DNA of 64,000 bases from Eledone cirrhosa (taxonomy: Eukaryota): positions 358,174,001-358,238,000 of the forward strand of contig OZ024741.1 in assembly GCA_964016885.1 (NCBI GenBank), in the 5' to 3' direction. The notes under the pieces were generated by a model that had not been told where the DNA came from, did not search any database, and worked only from the letters and a program-made list of their open reading frames with translations. The position numbers and the translations under genes are program-made. Numbering within the stretch: position 1 is the first letter of the stretch; every line of letters begins with the position of its first letter. This document shows positions 13,510 to 28,044 of the stretch, piece after piece.

Positions 13510-13554
<45 letters not shown>

Positions 13555-13556
<2 letters not shown>

Positions 13557-13990
13557 ATAAGAACAGATTAAAGTTTAAGCAAAGAATCGATGCTTTCAAC
13601 ATTAACGGGATCTTATGAAACTAAAAAATTTAATCTGTGAACGCAGAAGTAAATATTTCGAGAAACGTTGCAACCGAATGAAAACAGGAAGACGATATTT
13701 GGGTTCGTGAAGACGTTCCCTGGTAATGAACGGAAAAAAAGCGAGGATAATACGTCGTTATGTGAACCGAGAAGAACAATTTCCTGCAAAGACAAGACCA
13801 AGTTTATGGCATAAATGGAGTCGTTAGACTAATATTCTATTTAAAATAACAGAATGATTTCCAGCCCGGGAGTTTAAGAATGATGTAAATAAAATTGAAA
13901 ACGAAAATGACAGAGGTTATTAAAATAGTAAAAGTAAATAGTGAAGATTTAGGCCAGTAAATACGTATGCCCCGACGGACATACACATAC
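13555..13990 (-). repeat. Family A pseudo-LTR fragment (diverged)
   Basis: Homologous to 10452-10940; tail-to-tail with the previous copy across (TA)n. Confidence 0.7.
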
Positions 13991-14016
13991 ATATGCACAC
14001 ACAAATACACACACAC

Positions 14017-14098
<82 letters not shown>

Positions 14099-14189
14099 AC
14101 ACACACACACACGCACGCGTGCGCGCGTATGTATAAACCTTATGCATTTCTACAGTATTTTCACTAAACTTAAGACATAGGCTACTTAT

Positions 14190-14565
14190 GTACTCCGGAT
14201 GGTCATGGGCACTTTCATTTTTCCAGATATTGATTATAGGGCCTCCCGGCAGATAACCCCCTTTAACCACTTCCTTGGAGTCGACTGAGGAACTGCAGCG
14301 CAATGCAACAAAACGTCATAACTTCTGGATTTCGCAACCGATTTTCACAAAACTTGACACATGGGCTACCTTTGTCCTACAGATGAATGTGAACTCGCAG
14401 AATTGGCACATATTGAGTAGCGGACCCCTGGGGGCAGGACCCCCTTTTGGAAAAAGCCGATAATATTGTAAAAGTATAGTTTTCGAAGCAGCACTGAAGT
14501 ATTGACATAAATGGTATACACAACTACTATTTAATACCCGAGCAACGCCGGGTACCTCTGGTAGT
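14190..14565 (+). mobile_element. Helitron-like 3' fragment
   Basis: Ends CCCGAGCAACGCCGGG..GTAGT; body resembles the 5550-5780 motifs. Confidence 0.45.
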
Positions 14566-14568
14566 ATA

Positions 14569-14619
<51 letters not shown>

Positions 14620-14622
14620 CAC

Positions 14623-14773
<151 letters not shown>

Positions 14774-15149
14774 CATATATACATATATACTTAGAGAGAG
14801 AGAGAGAGAGAGAGAAGGTGAGATTGGAAATAGCACGGAATATATATTTAAGGGTATTCAACAAGGAAGATGAAAAAAACTTACCTCAACACTTAATTTT
14901 AAATCTTTTATTTTTAGTTTTTAATTCTTATTAATTCCTTTTAATTGTAATACCCTACATTTGATAAGATGGATTTTACTAATAGATCGAAACCCGTTAT
15001 ACTTTATATACTTTATATACATTATAGAACTCTTTTTTAAAAGAATTGTCCCTCTCATTTTTCCAATAATGTCACTTTGACGAATCAAAGAAAGGAAAAA
15101 AAAAAGAAAGACCCTTAAATATATTTTCCGTGCTATTTCCAATCTCACA

Positions 15150-17923
15150 CAGGATCCTACAGGATGAGCCCGTGATGAGTGTGATGATTGGGAAGAGGAG
15201 CCAGCTTATTACCACACCAGCAGTGAAGATCACGACGAATGCTGCAGTAGGAGGAGTGAGTTTTGTTTTCAGTGCAAAAACCAATCTATTGGTGAGAGAA
15301 ATAATACCTGTCTCCCCGCGAGTGTTGAGGGTGACCTTCAATGGAAACCCAAGACTGACAGTCATCTAAGCGTATAGTCCAACCGAGGGAGACAGTGATG
15401 TGAGTGTAGAGGAATTCCATGAGGAAGCGTGCAGAGCAGTAAACACCACACAAGCTCACAACATCCTGCTTGTTCTGGGGACTTCAATGCACACCTGAGT
15501 AAGGAGAGCAGTGAAGATCCTTGCATAACAACACCAACCGAAATGGAAGACTACTGAGAGAGACCCTGCTGGAGGCGAGCTTGATGGCAACCAACCTAAG
15601 GTTTAGGAAGAGTCCTGGGAAGATGTGGACCTACATCTCAGATATGCACCTGTCCAAGTCCCAGATTGATTTCATTCTGGTGAGGAAAAAGTGGCGGAAT
15701 AGTGTTCTGAACACAGAACCATACAATTAATTTAGTACACTGGGTAGTGACCACCGGCTTGTTATGAGTGAGGTCCGGGTGAGCTTAAGAAAGAGCAAGG
15801 CTCAGCCTCAGAGAGCAATTTATGACTGGGGAGCTTTCAAGGAAGATGATAAGCTACAGGAGAGGTTCACAGTAGAAGTGAGGAACAGGTTCAGTGCTCT
15901 GTGTGGATAGGCAGAGATATTGGAGGGACTGAGGAGAGTGTAGCGAGGAAGTACGGGCACTTCACCAATGCAGTGGCGGAAGCAAGTGAGACCCTGGTGC
16001 CGAGGAGAAAGAACAAGAGGAAGCACGTCAGCTCTGCAGACCCAAAAGTGTGTGCAGCCAGAGAACACCCGAAAGCTGCCAAAGACCAATATTATGCTGA
16101 TGCTACGGAGGAGAGGAAGGAGAATATGGAGGTGATGAAGGAAGAACTCTGTACCGCTTACACTGAGGCCAGAGAGGAGGCACTGATAGAGAAGATCAGA
16201 AGTGTGGAGAGAGCGGTTGACAGGTCTGGATGTAAGGAGAGCTGGATGATCATCAACGAGATCACAGAGAGGAAGAGAATGTGTTCGAGTCAGATACAGG
16301 GAACAGGGACCGAGGATAGGAAGAGGAAATGACTGGACCATTTTAGGACCTTACTAGGAGAGCCGCCCTCCACAGCCCAGAACACTGGGGAGATTAGGCG
16401 GCTGTTTGAGGAACTGGATATTGAGACAGGACCCTTCACCAGAGAGGAGCTTCAGAGAGCCAAGAAGAAGATCAAGAAGGGCAAGGTTCATGGAGAAGAT
16501 GGAGAGGCATCAGAGGTGATGAAGAGGTGTAATTTTGATGATATCATCCTGGAGTTCTGTAACCAGGCACTGGAGAAAGGAATTGCCCCGAATCAGTGGA
16601 GGATCAGTAACATCGTCCCAGTGCCAACGAAGGGAGATCTCTCTAACACCAACAACTACAGGGGGATCTCACTGACGCCACTTGTGGCAAAGACCCACAA
16701 GAGGATGATTCTTAACAGGATCCAGCCCGAGATGGAGAAGAAGCTCAGGGACAACCAGAACGGCTTCAGAGAGGGAAGATCAACCACCAGTCACATCCTG
16801 ATTCTGAGGAGGATATTAGAGGGAGCTAGAGCAAAGTACCTTCCTGCTGTCATGGTTTTCATTGACTTTAGGAAGGCCTTTGATTCCGTGGATCGTCAAT
16901 GCCTGATCTTACAGGCTTATGGAATCCCCAAGAAGTTGGTGGACCTGATATCACTGCTCTACACCAACACCAAAGCCCAAGTCATTACACCTGATGGGAT
17001 GACAGAGTTCTTTGAGATACTGGCTGGAGTGCTCCAGGGAGATACATTGGCTCCCTACCTTTTTTTATCATCGCAGTGGACTATTGTATGCGCCTTGCGA
17101 TGGAGAAACACCAGGACTCTGGTTTTGCTGTAACACCGGCTCAGAGCAGGAGAGTTAAGGCGAAAAAGATATCGGATGCTGAATTTCCCGACGGCATAGT
17201 TCTGGTGACAAACACAGTGAGGGAGGCAGAGGATTTGATGCAGGAGGTGGAGACTGTGTCGATGAGTGTGGGGCTGAGAATGAATGAGATTAAGACGAAG
17301 TATCTGGTAGAGAATATTAAGAAGCCAGAGAAGATTACTAATGTAGGCGGAAAGCCGCTAGAATTGGTTGAGGACTTCCTGTATTTGGGAGCAAAGATTG
17401 GGAATACGAAAGATGATGTGGTCGAGAGGAAGAGTAAAGCTTGGGCGGCGTGCCACAGCTTGAGATCGGTGTGGAAGTCGGACCTTTCGTAAAGACCTGA
17501 AGATCCGTCTCTTCGTTGCTGTAGTGGAGTCTGTGCTGCTGTACGGGTCTGAGACCTGGACACTGGCCAAGAAACTCACTCAGATGGTGGATGGGTGCTA
17601 CACGAGAATGCTGAGGATGGCTCTGAACATTAATCAGTATACAATGAGGATGAAGAGCTGTATGGGGGCCTCCCAAAAGTCAGCTCGAAAGTGACACAGA
17701 GGAGACTGAGGTTAGCTGGACATGCTCACCGACATCCAGAGTTGAAATTGCACTCAGTGTCCTGCATGGACACACTGGAAGAGGAAGACCGAGGTTAACA
17801 TAATGTTCATGCCCTAAGGACAGACACTGGTCTCTTGGAGACGCAGGACATGGCAGCGATAATGAGGGACAGAGACCGCTGGAGAGAACACGTCCATGGA
17901 TCTCGGGAAATTTACCTGCCCTA

Positions 17924-17928
<5 letters not shown>
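15150..17928 (+). mobile_element. RTE-clade LINE, degenerate (APE endonuclease + RT)
   Basis: APE remnants (YSPT, GDFNA, QIDFILV, SDHRL), RT motifs NYRGISL, QNGFREGRST, IDFRKAFDSV, GVLQGDTLAPYLF, LLYGSETW; multiple stops and frameshifts. Confidence 0.9.
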
Positions 17929-18383
<455 letters not shown>

Positions 18384-19539
18384 GTGCGAAGACAGGAAAG
18401 ACTACAAATCAGAGCAGTACTCGATGCAGAGTAGGTATATTAATGAAGTAGAGATTCGACCGTGAGATCGGGCGGTTTCAACTTGTAACCTCGACAGGCT
18501 TCTTCAGGTTACAAGCTGAAACCGCCCGAGCTCGCTATTGGATCCCCGCTACACACATATATAGTTAATAAATGAAACAAAAAAAAAAAAACATAGCGAT
18601 AGGGCCACGTCCATGTAACTGTTAAAATGTATTCTTCGCAGGATGAATGAGAAAAAGAATGAAGAATTGTGATGTTGTTGACAACGTTTATTTTGTAATA
18701 ATAAAATTCACTCGATGGGTACATCGAATATTGAGTAATAAAATTGTGACACAATTATCACTACATTAGTTGTTTTACTAGCTACTTCGAGCTAGCATAA
18801 ATGCACACCAAGAATGTGCATGTGTTGTTAAGTCAATACTGTTAGTTAATGTATGTATCAAAGAAAACGATACAGTAGAAGTTGTATGTTGGAGTAGAGA
18901 ATGACAGGATGTCAAAAGGATAGATAAAGTGTATAAGGGACAACAGAAGGAAACAAACTGTGTGTGTGTGTGTGTGTGTTAATCTCTAGCAAACGTAGCT
19001 TCTGTAGTAGCGGTCATTCCATCTCTCTAACTCACTGTCTGTCTGTCGAGCGAGTAAGAAATGTGAGAGAATAGTAGGCAGAAGACTGTATTTGTGAAGA
19101 GAATCCATAGTGTTAGTAGAACGGTTCTTCTGTCGTCTGTGTTAGCCACTATCTCTAATTCGGTTCTCGAAGTGCTTGTATTTATAACAATACTATAGCT
19201 AGAAGGATGAGTATATGGTTTTTGAGACAATAGCCAGGCCATCTGCCTATCGTCTGTCAAGTGTTTGGGGTCACGTGTCAAGTGGTATATAACATTTATC
19301 ATAGTTGTCTTTCGACAGGACAATGGTAAGAACACCTAACAATAAGTGATTTTAGAGGCGAGAATTTTTAGATTCGATTTGGAATCTCCGCCAGGCAAAA
19401 CATACAATTCAGTAAAATATTGCAACATTAACGAAGTATTCGTTGTCTTGTAGTGCTCAATAGTTAGCAGATAAGCTGAATTATTATTACCAGTAATGCA
19501 CTGGGTAATTGCTGGCCTTATGCCCAAAGTAGAAACAAT

Positions 19540-20490
19540 TCTTCTTCTTCTTCTTCTTCTTCTTCTTCTTCTTCTTCTTCTTCTTCTTCTTCTTCTTCTT
19601 CTTCTTCTTCTTCTTCTTCTTCTTCTTCTTCTTCTTCTTCTTCTTCTTCTTCTTCTTCTTCTTCTTCTTCTTCTTCTTCTTCTTCTTCTTCTTCTTCTGA
19701 GAGGGTCGTGGGGAAAAATTCCTCAAACACTACTTCCAGCGAGTTTTGTCAGAAACAACCTGTTTCCATCTTGATCTAGCTGGATCCCCAAGTGTGACCA
19801 GCCAAAGTCATAGATGTTATCTAACCATCTTGCTCGAGGTCTACTCCTGGGTCTCCTGCAGATTGGTTTTGCTCGTAAAATCTGTCCAGCTATTCTTTCC
19901 TGAGACATTCTAGCCACATGCCAATAGTATCGGAGCTGTGATCTTTCAATTCGGAGAAGTAGTGGCTCTACCTGGAGCGATTCTCTGATCTCCCAGCTAT
20001 GCACTCTATCGAGTAACATTACTCCAAAGACCCTTCGGAGGAACCCCATTTCGGCCGCTTGTATTCGCGATCGTATTCTCTTGGTCATTACCCAAGGTTT
20101 ATGACTAGAGGTAAAGGTTGGCACGAAAACCAAATTGAAGATAGTGGGTTTGGCTTTTATGGCTAATTTCCTTCTTCTGATTACTGAATGCTGAAGCTGG
20201 CACATTACTGCTCCAGCTTTTCCAGATACTTGAACTTCTCCACCTGCTTCAGTGCAACTCCATTCGCATGTAAAGTGTTCTGCGCAGGCTTCCATGAGAG
20301 GATAATTGTCTCAGTTTTCGGTGCACTCATTTTCATTCCATTCATGCAGTACTCGGCATCAAACCTATCAAGTGCAAGTCGGAGATTACCTTCTATCAAG
20401 TTCAGTAATATATATGTCGTCTGCAAATTCTAGCCGACTGATTCTATACCTGCTAGTCGCGATACCACCTCCAACCCGGTTGCGCATATC
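19540..20490 (-). mobile_element. Rex3/Expander-like RTE LINE 3' fragment with (GAA)n tail
   Basis: LEFADD, VEKFKYL, WVMTKRIRSRIQAAEMGFLRRV..VEPLLLRIERSQLR; (TTC)n at 19540-19698. Confidence 0.85.
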
Positions 20491-20807
20491 AATCCTTATT
20501 GTCTCTGATTTCTTCGATTTTGTGCTGGATGTTCGTGTTATGAGAGGGTCTGAGCTGTTAACTGACCACCATTTACTTATTTGCAACTTGAGAATAAAGT
20601 TAAATTTTTGTTATCAAAAGAATTTAAAATATATTAATTGGTATACAAATTAGCACACGCAGGGGAGAGAATTTTTATCCACAAATTTAAAAATCATTTC
20701 CCTTTAGTATATTGTAAAGGGAGACAATTATTTAAAAAATAATTTATGTATAAATGTATAAATGTATTGTGTGTGTGTGTGCCATCATCGTCATAGACAC
20801 GAAGAGG

Positions 20808-20884
<77 letters not shown>

Positions 20885-21068
20885 AATAATAGAGAATCGG
20901 AGGAATATCAGCCCACATATATATATTTATATAACAAAGAGGGTGTGGTAAGATACCAGGTAGACCATAACGTACCAGTGTATTCATTATCTAGGGTAGT
21001 AGAGTGGGTAATAGGATCTAGCTGTCGAAACGGCAGGAGCTCAGCCGTCGGGGTGCTGACTCTTTTCC

Positions 21069-21175
<107 letters not shown>

Positions 21176-21391
21176 GATAACAAATTATCGTTATAGGTAA
21201 TCCAGTTAGAGGTTGTGAATACTCCGTATTGTGGATACTTTTAGCGTACGGCGTTGTTTGACTCAACAAGAGGTTTCCTAGGTAGCGAGTTTGTGAATTC
21301 TCGGGAATTCCTACGCAGGTTAATCTTGGAATAATAATAGTGAAAGAATGAAGAATAACATGGTCAACAGTACAAGATGGGTTTTAATTAC

Positions 21392-21565
21392 AGTATTAAC
21401 AATTGTTTCATTGATTAAGTTGTCTAAAAATTGCTAATCACTTGAAGTTGTGTCACTCAATTTTAAATACAATGTATGCTTAACCAAATCATCAGAAACT
21501 GATGATTTGGTTAAGCATACATTGTATTTTTAGACAACTTAATGGATGAAACAATTGTTAATACT
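21392..21565. repeat. Fold-back palindrome containing two divergent hammerhead cores
   Basis: Arms mirror about AAA at 21496-21498; each strand reads CTGATGA-TTTGGTTAAG...CTTAAT-..GAAAC-AATT-GTT; the right arm has an internal deletion. Confidence 0.75.
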
Positions 21566-21699
21566 AATGAACTAAAGAAAATGATTGTTAATACTACGAT
21601 GAACTAAAGAAAATGATTGCACATACCGGTGAGGAGCAGTATAAAACTAACCCTTATGGAACATATACCCTATAAGGAACATATACATAACCTATTCAT

Positions 21700-23323
21700 G
21701 GTATGGTGGGACAATAAACTTAAAGAACAATTAGAAGGCAGCAACCTCTTAACCCTGATAATGTAATCTTGCTACGTTGATGATATAAACATCGTAGTAA
21801 AAACACCCCCACTAGAGAACAGCCAGGAATTAGGAAAACACCATGGAAAACATCCAGAAAATAGCTAACTCCATCCACCATAGTATTAGAATTACTATAG
21901 ACTACCCAAGCAAACACCCCAACCATCGATTACCTATACTAGACACAGAGCGCTGGTTAGAAACCATTAATAACAAAAAACAAATCCTCCATTCCCATTA
22001 TGCCAAACCAATGACTTCCAAATATCTGATCCACCGAAACTCAGCTGTTTCGGATCACACCAAAATCAACATACTGATTGCGGATTTACTACGGGTAATG
22101 AGAAACGTGTCCCGCATGTGCAATCCCAAAGAACTAGAGAGACGCATACAACACTTCATCCACCGCATGCAGTTCTCTGGTTACAATAAGAGAGATAAAA
22201 TCAGAGTATATAGAGGAGCCAGAACCAAATGGGAAAAAATGGTAAATAATTATACAAATAGGGACCTGCCCCTTGTATAGGAGCACATTTTGGAATAGAA
22301 TAGAAATAACTAGGAATAAGGTTAATAGAATAAACTCATGGTATAATAGCAGTAAATACCAGAGTGTAATGTTCATCAATACAACCCTTAGAGGTGAATT
22401 AGCTTACAAATTTAGAAGGGCCCTAGATAAACTTAAACTTAATATTAAGATAGTAGAAAGACCAGGTACCTCCATAAAAACACTTACTAGTAATACATAC
22501 CCTTTTCAAAGACCTCCCTGTATAGATAAGAAATGCATAATCTGTAAACTAAGCCCCCATATTAACTGTAAAACTAGAAACATAGTATATAGCATAAGAT
22601 GTACTGAAGGACAATGTAAAGATAAGAATATAGTGTATATAGGTGAGACAGCTTGTAGTATAGGAGAACGGTTAAATGAACACTGGCGAGAGCTTCAAGA
22701 TAGCAAAGAATCATCAATACTCCACCAACATGCTAAAATAGTACATAAGGGTAAATTCGAGAACATAAAAATAAAAATAAAATCTACACACAGAAAAGAC
22801 GTAATGTTTAGACAAATCACAGAGGCAATAAACATAAATGAACTCCAACCAAAATTAAATAGAAAACATGAATGGAATAGCAACATCACAACTTACAATT
22901 AAGGACAAAATGAAAACACACACACATAGAACAAACAACCAACCAGTAACATGTAAATAAACAAATAAATAAACAAACAAAAACCCACACAGACACCTGG
23001 ATGTAACACATGCGCAAACTAAGTACACAACACACACAAAAACAAGATGGCGTAGGACAGAACAAAGGAGAGGCACAAAACAAAGAAAAGAATCCCGTCA
23101 CCGAAGAGGTCACAGAATGTGTGACGAAAGAACTTTGACAATATATGAACAACCGTCCGGTTGTGGAACCAACCAACCAACCTGAATTTTATAAATTTTT
23201 TTTTTTTTGGAAAAAGTTTTTTAAAAGAAGTAAATTTTTTTTTTAAATTTATAATAAATTGGAGTGAAACAACTGGTGCGTGTGTTTCTTATTGGCAACA
23301 TGACCCTCCCAAAGTATAACAAT
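21700..23323 (+). mobile_element. Penelope-like element 3' portion (RT end + GIY-YIG + pseudo-LTR), family B
   Basis: LPILDT, MQFSGY, CKTRNIVYSIRC..VYIGETACSIGERLNEH..ITEAINI..P.LN; hammerhead remnant at 23097-23139; ends CCCAAAGTATAACAA(TA)n. Confidence 0.88.
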
Positions 23324-24059
23324 ATATATATATATATATTTTTAGTATATGTTGGTTGTTTACCGACACCTCAGTATGCAGATTGGAGCATTCGACGAAG
23401 TACGCAGGGTGGTTTGTTTACTCCGGAGTAATGTAAAATAATTAAGTCAAATATGTAAAATTTGACATAAACGAGGTAATCTGGCGTATATTTCCTTTAT
23501 AACCTGCACTAGCAGTGGAACCCGACTGCCAAATGCCGCCTCCCCCAAAAGTATTTTTGGTTAAACTTAAATTACCAAATTTAGTCAGTTTTTGTGCAGT
23601 TCTTTATATACACATCGATTAACGATATATCTATCACTGAAAATAGTATCACTATAAAAATATTTTATATCATGTTTATTAAAGATCTGAATTGAAAACC
23701 TGGTTTTAAATTACAGTACGTCATAGCTAAGTAGAATTAAGAAGGAATACTGTCTCAACAGTAAATGTTACACATTCGACTTCGAAACTTTTACGAAAGC
23801 TGTAGGAATAGTGCATTGTCGGAATATACGAGCGAGAGACTTGATATTTTAATATTGGCACAAAATGTTGACGTTCTATAGTAAGTCACTTTTTTATGGA
23901 CCCGTAAATCCCGGGCAGTCGTAGAGGCGTTGTCGTGACATATGGCGTATCTCGAGTATTTTAAACCTAGAGGAACCCATCTCTTCTCCAGCTCTGAACA
24001 TAGCCGATTTCTTCCAGAGAAGGAGAGAAAGGAAGTGAGAAAGAGATATAAAGAAAGAA

Positions 24060-24220
24060 TCGACCCCAGTACTGAACTGATACTTTATTTATCGACCTTG
24101 AAAGGATGAGAGGTAAAGTTGACCCCGACAAGATTCGAACTCATAACGTAGAGAGCCAAAACGAATACCGCCAAGCATTTTATCCGACGTTCTAACGACT
24201 CTGCCAATTCACCGCCTTAC
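24060..24220 (-). mobile_element. tRNA-derived SINE (S1-related subfamily)
   Basis: Minus strand GGCGGTGAATTGGCAGAGTCGTTAG..GAGTTCGAATC..; related copies at ~29520-29612, 33115-33175 and 59885-60035. Confidence 0.7.
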
Positions 24221-24959
24221 ATCAGTTGACTAAGATGATTATTTAAAAGAACTTTGGATGCCCCGATTAGTTGGGTATAGCACAAATATTATAGCCAAGA
24301 ATGATAACTATAGACCTGTTTCTTGTCTAAACATTATGAAACTAATTTCCTACTAATCCCAATAAGTTCAGAAATTTGTGAAGTAGGGGAACTGTATTGA
24401 CCACAGAACTTGATTGATTCTTTATTTATCGACTCCAGAACTAGGTTTCAACTCAAAGGACTGAACACCGAAACAAATAATATAAGGAATTCTAGCAAAT
24501 TCGCTACCCATAAGAACCTGGTTGTTCTACAAGATTCTTGATGTAAACTCGTGAGTTAAAACAGATATTGTAATACTTTGAGAAGGTTGTGCTGCCAATA
24601 AAGACATGCGCATCAGTTGAGTTTTACTTCGTATTTATGGTTAGTTAAGTAATTAATCCATTTCTCGGTTAGTAAGACAAGATGGAATAAATAAAACAAA
24701 ATCAAAATGAAGAGGAGACACAAAGCGGTAAGAATGGTAATTGAGAAGGTCACAGATTGTGTAACGAAAGAACTTTGACAGATAATTTAATAAACTACGA
24801 TTGAGATAGAAATCAGAAATAGTGTTTTATTTAATTTATTTAAACTTTGATAAAAATCTTGTCTTTGATTGGTTGTCCAGCTGTCAGTACAAAGGAGAGG
24901 GGGCAGGGAGGGATTGGTGATGTTTGTGTTTATGGTCTGTTTAAATAATCGTTCAATTG

Positions 24960-25430
24960 CTAAATCACTACAAATATGTAAAAACGGAAAAGGATGGGAA
25001 AGGCAAGGGCTCTAGGGTCACAGAAGATTGGTAGACGGCAGTGTTGGGACTGCGTCCCACGGACAAGATCGCAAGAGCATTTTCGCGGACAGTAGCCAGC
25101 GACACACCGCAACAGCCATCCCACCCCGCGGAGCTCTTTCCTCAGACGGGCTGCTGACGTTCCAATCTTGCGGACGAGTTCGGCAGTACGAGACCCGAGG
25201 ACGTCTGAGGTCTCGACGGTAACCAGTGCGAAGAGGAAGCTACTGGACAATCCCCGGTATTTGTTTGTCTTCCTTTCCTCTGCATTGCAGGCTGCAGTGT
25301 CGAGGTTTGTGGCCGAAGCGACTAAGTTGGGGTCGGAGAACGTGTCACAACATGTGGCGTCCCAGATGAAGGGTCTACCTGATCTACCTTCGAATGGGAA
25401 GAGGGTAATTATGTCGGGACGTACTGTCAC
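24960..25430 (-). mobile_element. CRE-clade LINE 3' fragment (RLE domain)
   Basis: RPDIITLFPF..IWDATCCDT..AEERK..KY..VETSDVLG. Confidence 0.8.
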
Positions 25431-25444
25431 CTCTCATGTTCATT

Positions 25445-26316
25445 ATTTACATAAACAGGAATTACATGCGCAACCGGGCTGGAAGAGGCGGGTGTAAAAT
25501 CAGTTGGCTGGAATTTTCAGATGACATGGTGTTACTTAACCCGACAGAAGGTGATCTCCGACTTGCACACGACAGGTTTGATGCTGCATGGATGGAATAA
25601 AAATCTGTGCTGCGAAAACTGAGACACTCGTCCTCTCAGGAAAGCATGCGCAGTGCACTCTATATATGAACGGAGTTCTACTGAAGTGGTTAGAGAAGTT
25701 CAAGTATCTGGGGGCCGTGTTCACGAGTGATGGAAGGCAGGATACTAAATTAAGTGCAAGAAATGCAGGAGCTATACAGTAATGCGCCAGCTTCAGCATT
25801 CAGTAATCAGAAGGGAAGTAGGCGTAAAAGTCAAACTCGCTATCTTCAATTCGGTATTCGTGCAAACCCTTACCAATGGTCATGAATCATGGGTAATGAC
25901 CGAAAGAATACGATCGCGGATACAAGCGGCCGAAATGGGGTTCCTCCGAAGGGTCTATAAAGTAATGTTACTCGATAGAGTGCATAGCTGGGAGATCAGA
26001 GAATCGCTCCAGGTAGAGCCACTACTTCTCCGAATTGAAAGATCACAGCTCCGATACTATTGGCATGTGGCTAGAATGTCTCAGGAAAGAATAGCTGGAC
26101 AGATTTTACGAGCAAAACCAATCTGCAGGAGACCCAGGAGTAGACCTCGAGCAAGATGGTTAGATAACATCTATGACTTTGGCTGGTCACACTTGGGGAT
26201 CCAGCTAGATCAAGATGGAAACAGGTTGTTTCTGACAAAACTCGCTGGAAGTAGTGTTTGAGGAATTTTTCCCCATGACCCTCTCAGAAGAAGAAGAAGA
26301 AGAAGAAGAAGAAGAA
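25445..26316 (+). mobile_element. Rex3/Expander-like RTE LINE 3' fragment with (GAA)n tail
   Basis: Inverted homologue of 19540-20490; third copy at 44497-44860 (-). Confidence 0.85.
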
Positions 26317-26324
26317 TATGGAAT

Positions 26325-27700
26325 GTTACGCGATGCCCCCCCCCCCCAACCCCGGCGGACAGGATGGAGAAGGCGTTCCCGCGGAGGACGGCAAGGGAGA
26401 CGCGCTGGAAAAGCCACTCCAACTCGCGGGGCTCACACCTGCGGCTGGCCAGCTCAGCGCCTATGGTGGTGAGTAAGGAGGTAGCCCTAGGGCCGAGGAC
26501 ACCAGAAGTCTCCACTGCAAGGGGTACAACTGCAAACCTGTCGGAGAGCGACCGGTATTTGAGGAACTTGGCCTCCTCAGCCCGGCGTGCAGCAGAACCT
26601 GGGTTAGTGGCAGACTGAACCAGGTTGCGGCTGCAGAAAGTGTCAGTGACAGTCGCATCCCAGAAGAGGGGTTTGCCACTGCGGAACGGGAAGATAGTCA
26701 TACCATCTGGCCTTTTGCCGTCCCCACCGAGCTGGGAAGGGAAGCCCGCAGCGTTCAAGCCATGCTTTATGACCTCGATGAGGGCAGCATGGCGTGGAAG
26801 GCGCCCGGCACTATGGCGACAGGAAAGCAGGTGGAGGCCGAAAGAGTCCACGGTGGTCCGCGCCGACATTGGTGTGGCCCGCAGATCCGGAGGCCGAGCC
26901 TCAAGGAAACGCCGATGCGCAGGCTATTGTTGTTTAGCTGCGTGTCAGTGGAGAAGGAGGGCAGGGCATGGAGCCAGGCACAACTGTGGGGTTTGGAGGC
27001 CGCACGAAAGCAGGCAAGGCGGTGCTGGTCGAGCTGGCGCGTGAGCCTGTCTGAGGCCAGGCTGCACTGGATGGCATCCCAAGTGCTTTGGGGGGACTCG
27101 ACATCAGCAGGGGGAGGAGGAGGAGGGACGTCTACTGGGCTAAGTCCCAGCCGGTCCCACGTCTCACAGACGGCCTCACGGCGCTGCGAAGGGTATAGAG
27201 GAGCTTCGGCATGGCGAAGCAGTTCCTCAACAGAAAGAGGTCTGGGTGGCCGTCGATCAGGCCCAGTCAGCTCGTGAGAGTCTGGAGTTATTGAAGCCTG
27301 GACCTGATGGTGGAGCGGATGGCCGGCGGGTGGATCGATCGGTGACCCGAAGATGAGGACATCCTCTTTGGGGGTCACCTGTACCTGGTGAAGAATCGAC
27401 TGCACGTCCGAGACGGAGGCTGCAAAGCTCTCAGCATCGTGGCTGTCATTCACCACCTCCGACTTGGCCGAGCTGACCTGGAGGCCGATTCCCGCCAGGG
27501 CAGGAACCACCGCTTGTAGGTCATGGCAGACAGTCTGTACGGGCCCGCCCAACGTAGCATCATCCAGATACCAAACGTTGAGAGGGGCCGTGATACTCCG
27601 GGCGATGTGGTCTATACCAAGGGTAAACAGGAGGGGTCCGAAAGGGTCGCCCTGTTGGACCCCAGTAGCCGAATATGACCGTATCAGCAACAAGGAGCAT
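26325..27700 (-). mobile_element. CRE-clade LINE fragment (RT + RLE), internally deleted
   Basis: GVQQGDPFGPLLF, WYLDD, GLHLLSC..RHAAL, KRPDGMT..WDATVTDT..PLAVETSG. Confidence 0.88.
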
Positions 27701-28044
27701 GCTCGGGGCTCCTTAAAGCATTAATATAAATTCATCATCATCATCATAATCATCGTTGACATTGCAGTCTTCATCATCGTCATTGTTATCGTTATTTCAA
27801 TTTTTCTTCACGTAACTGTTTATCAAGCAGAATTCTTCAAGCGAAGAATATGCTCGAATCATTAAGCAGGCCATCAAAGCTAGCTTTTCCCACTTAAATA
27901 TTAATATTCAGTTTTAGCACATAATGTTTACATTTCTTGTAGTTACTATTAAAACGGAACAATGATTTGCTTCCCTCCACACAACAGATACATAACAGAA
28001 GAATAAGAAACTATTTCATGTAGTATGTATACTGACAATATTCA

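Larger units (their letters stand above)
10452..13512 (-). mobile_element. 5'-truncated Penelope-like element with ~1.1-kb inverted pseudo-LTRs (family A)
   Basis: 10452-11540 and 12398-13420 are diverged inverted copies (mirror ORFs 11270+/12437-) enclosing a GIY-YIG coding remnant; (TA)n on both flanks. Confidence 0.85.
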
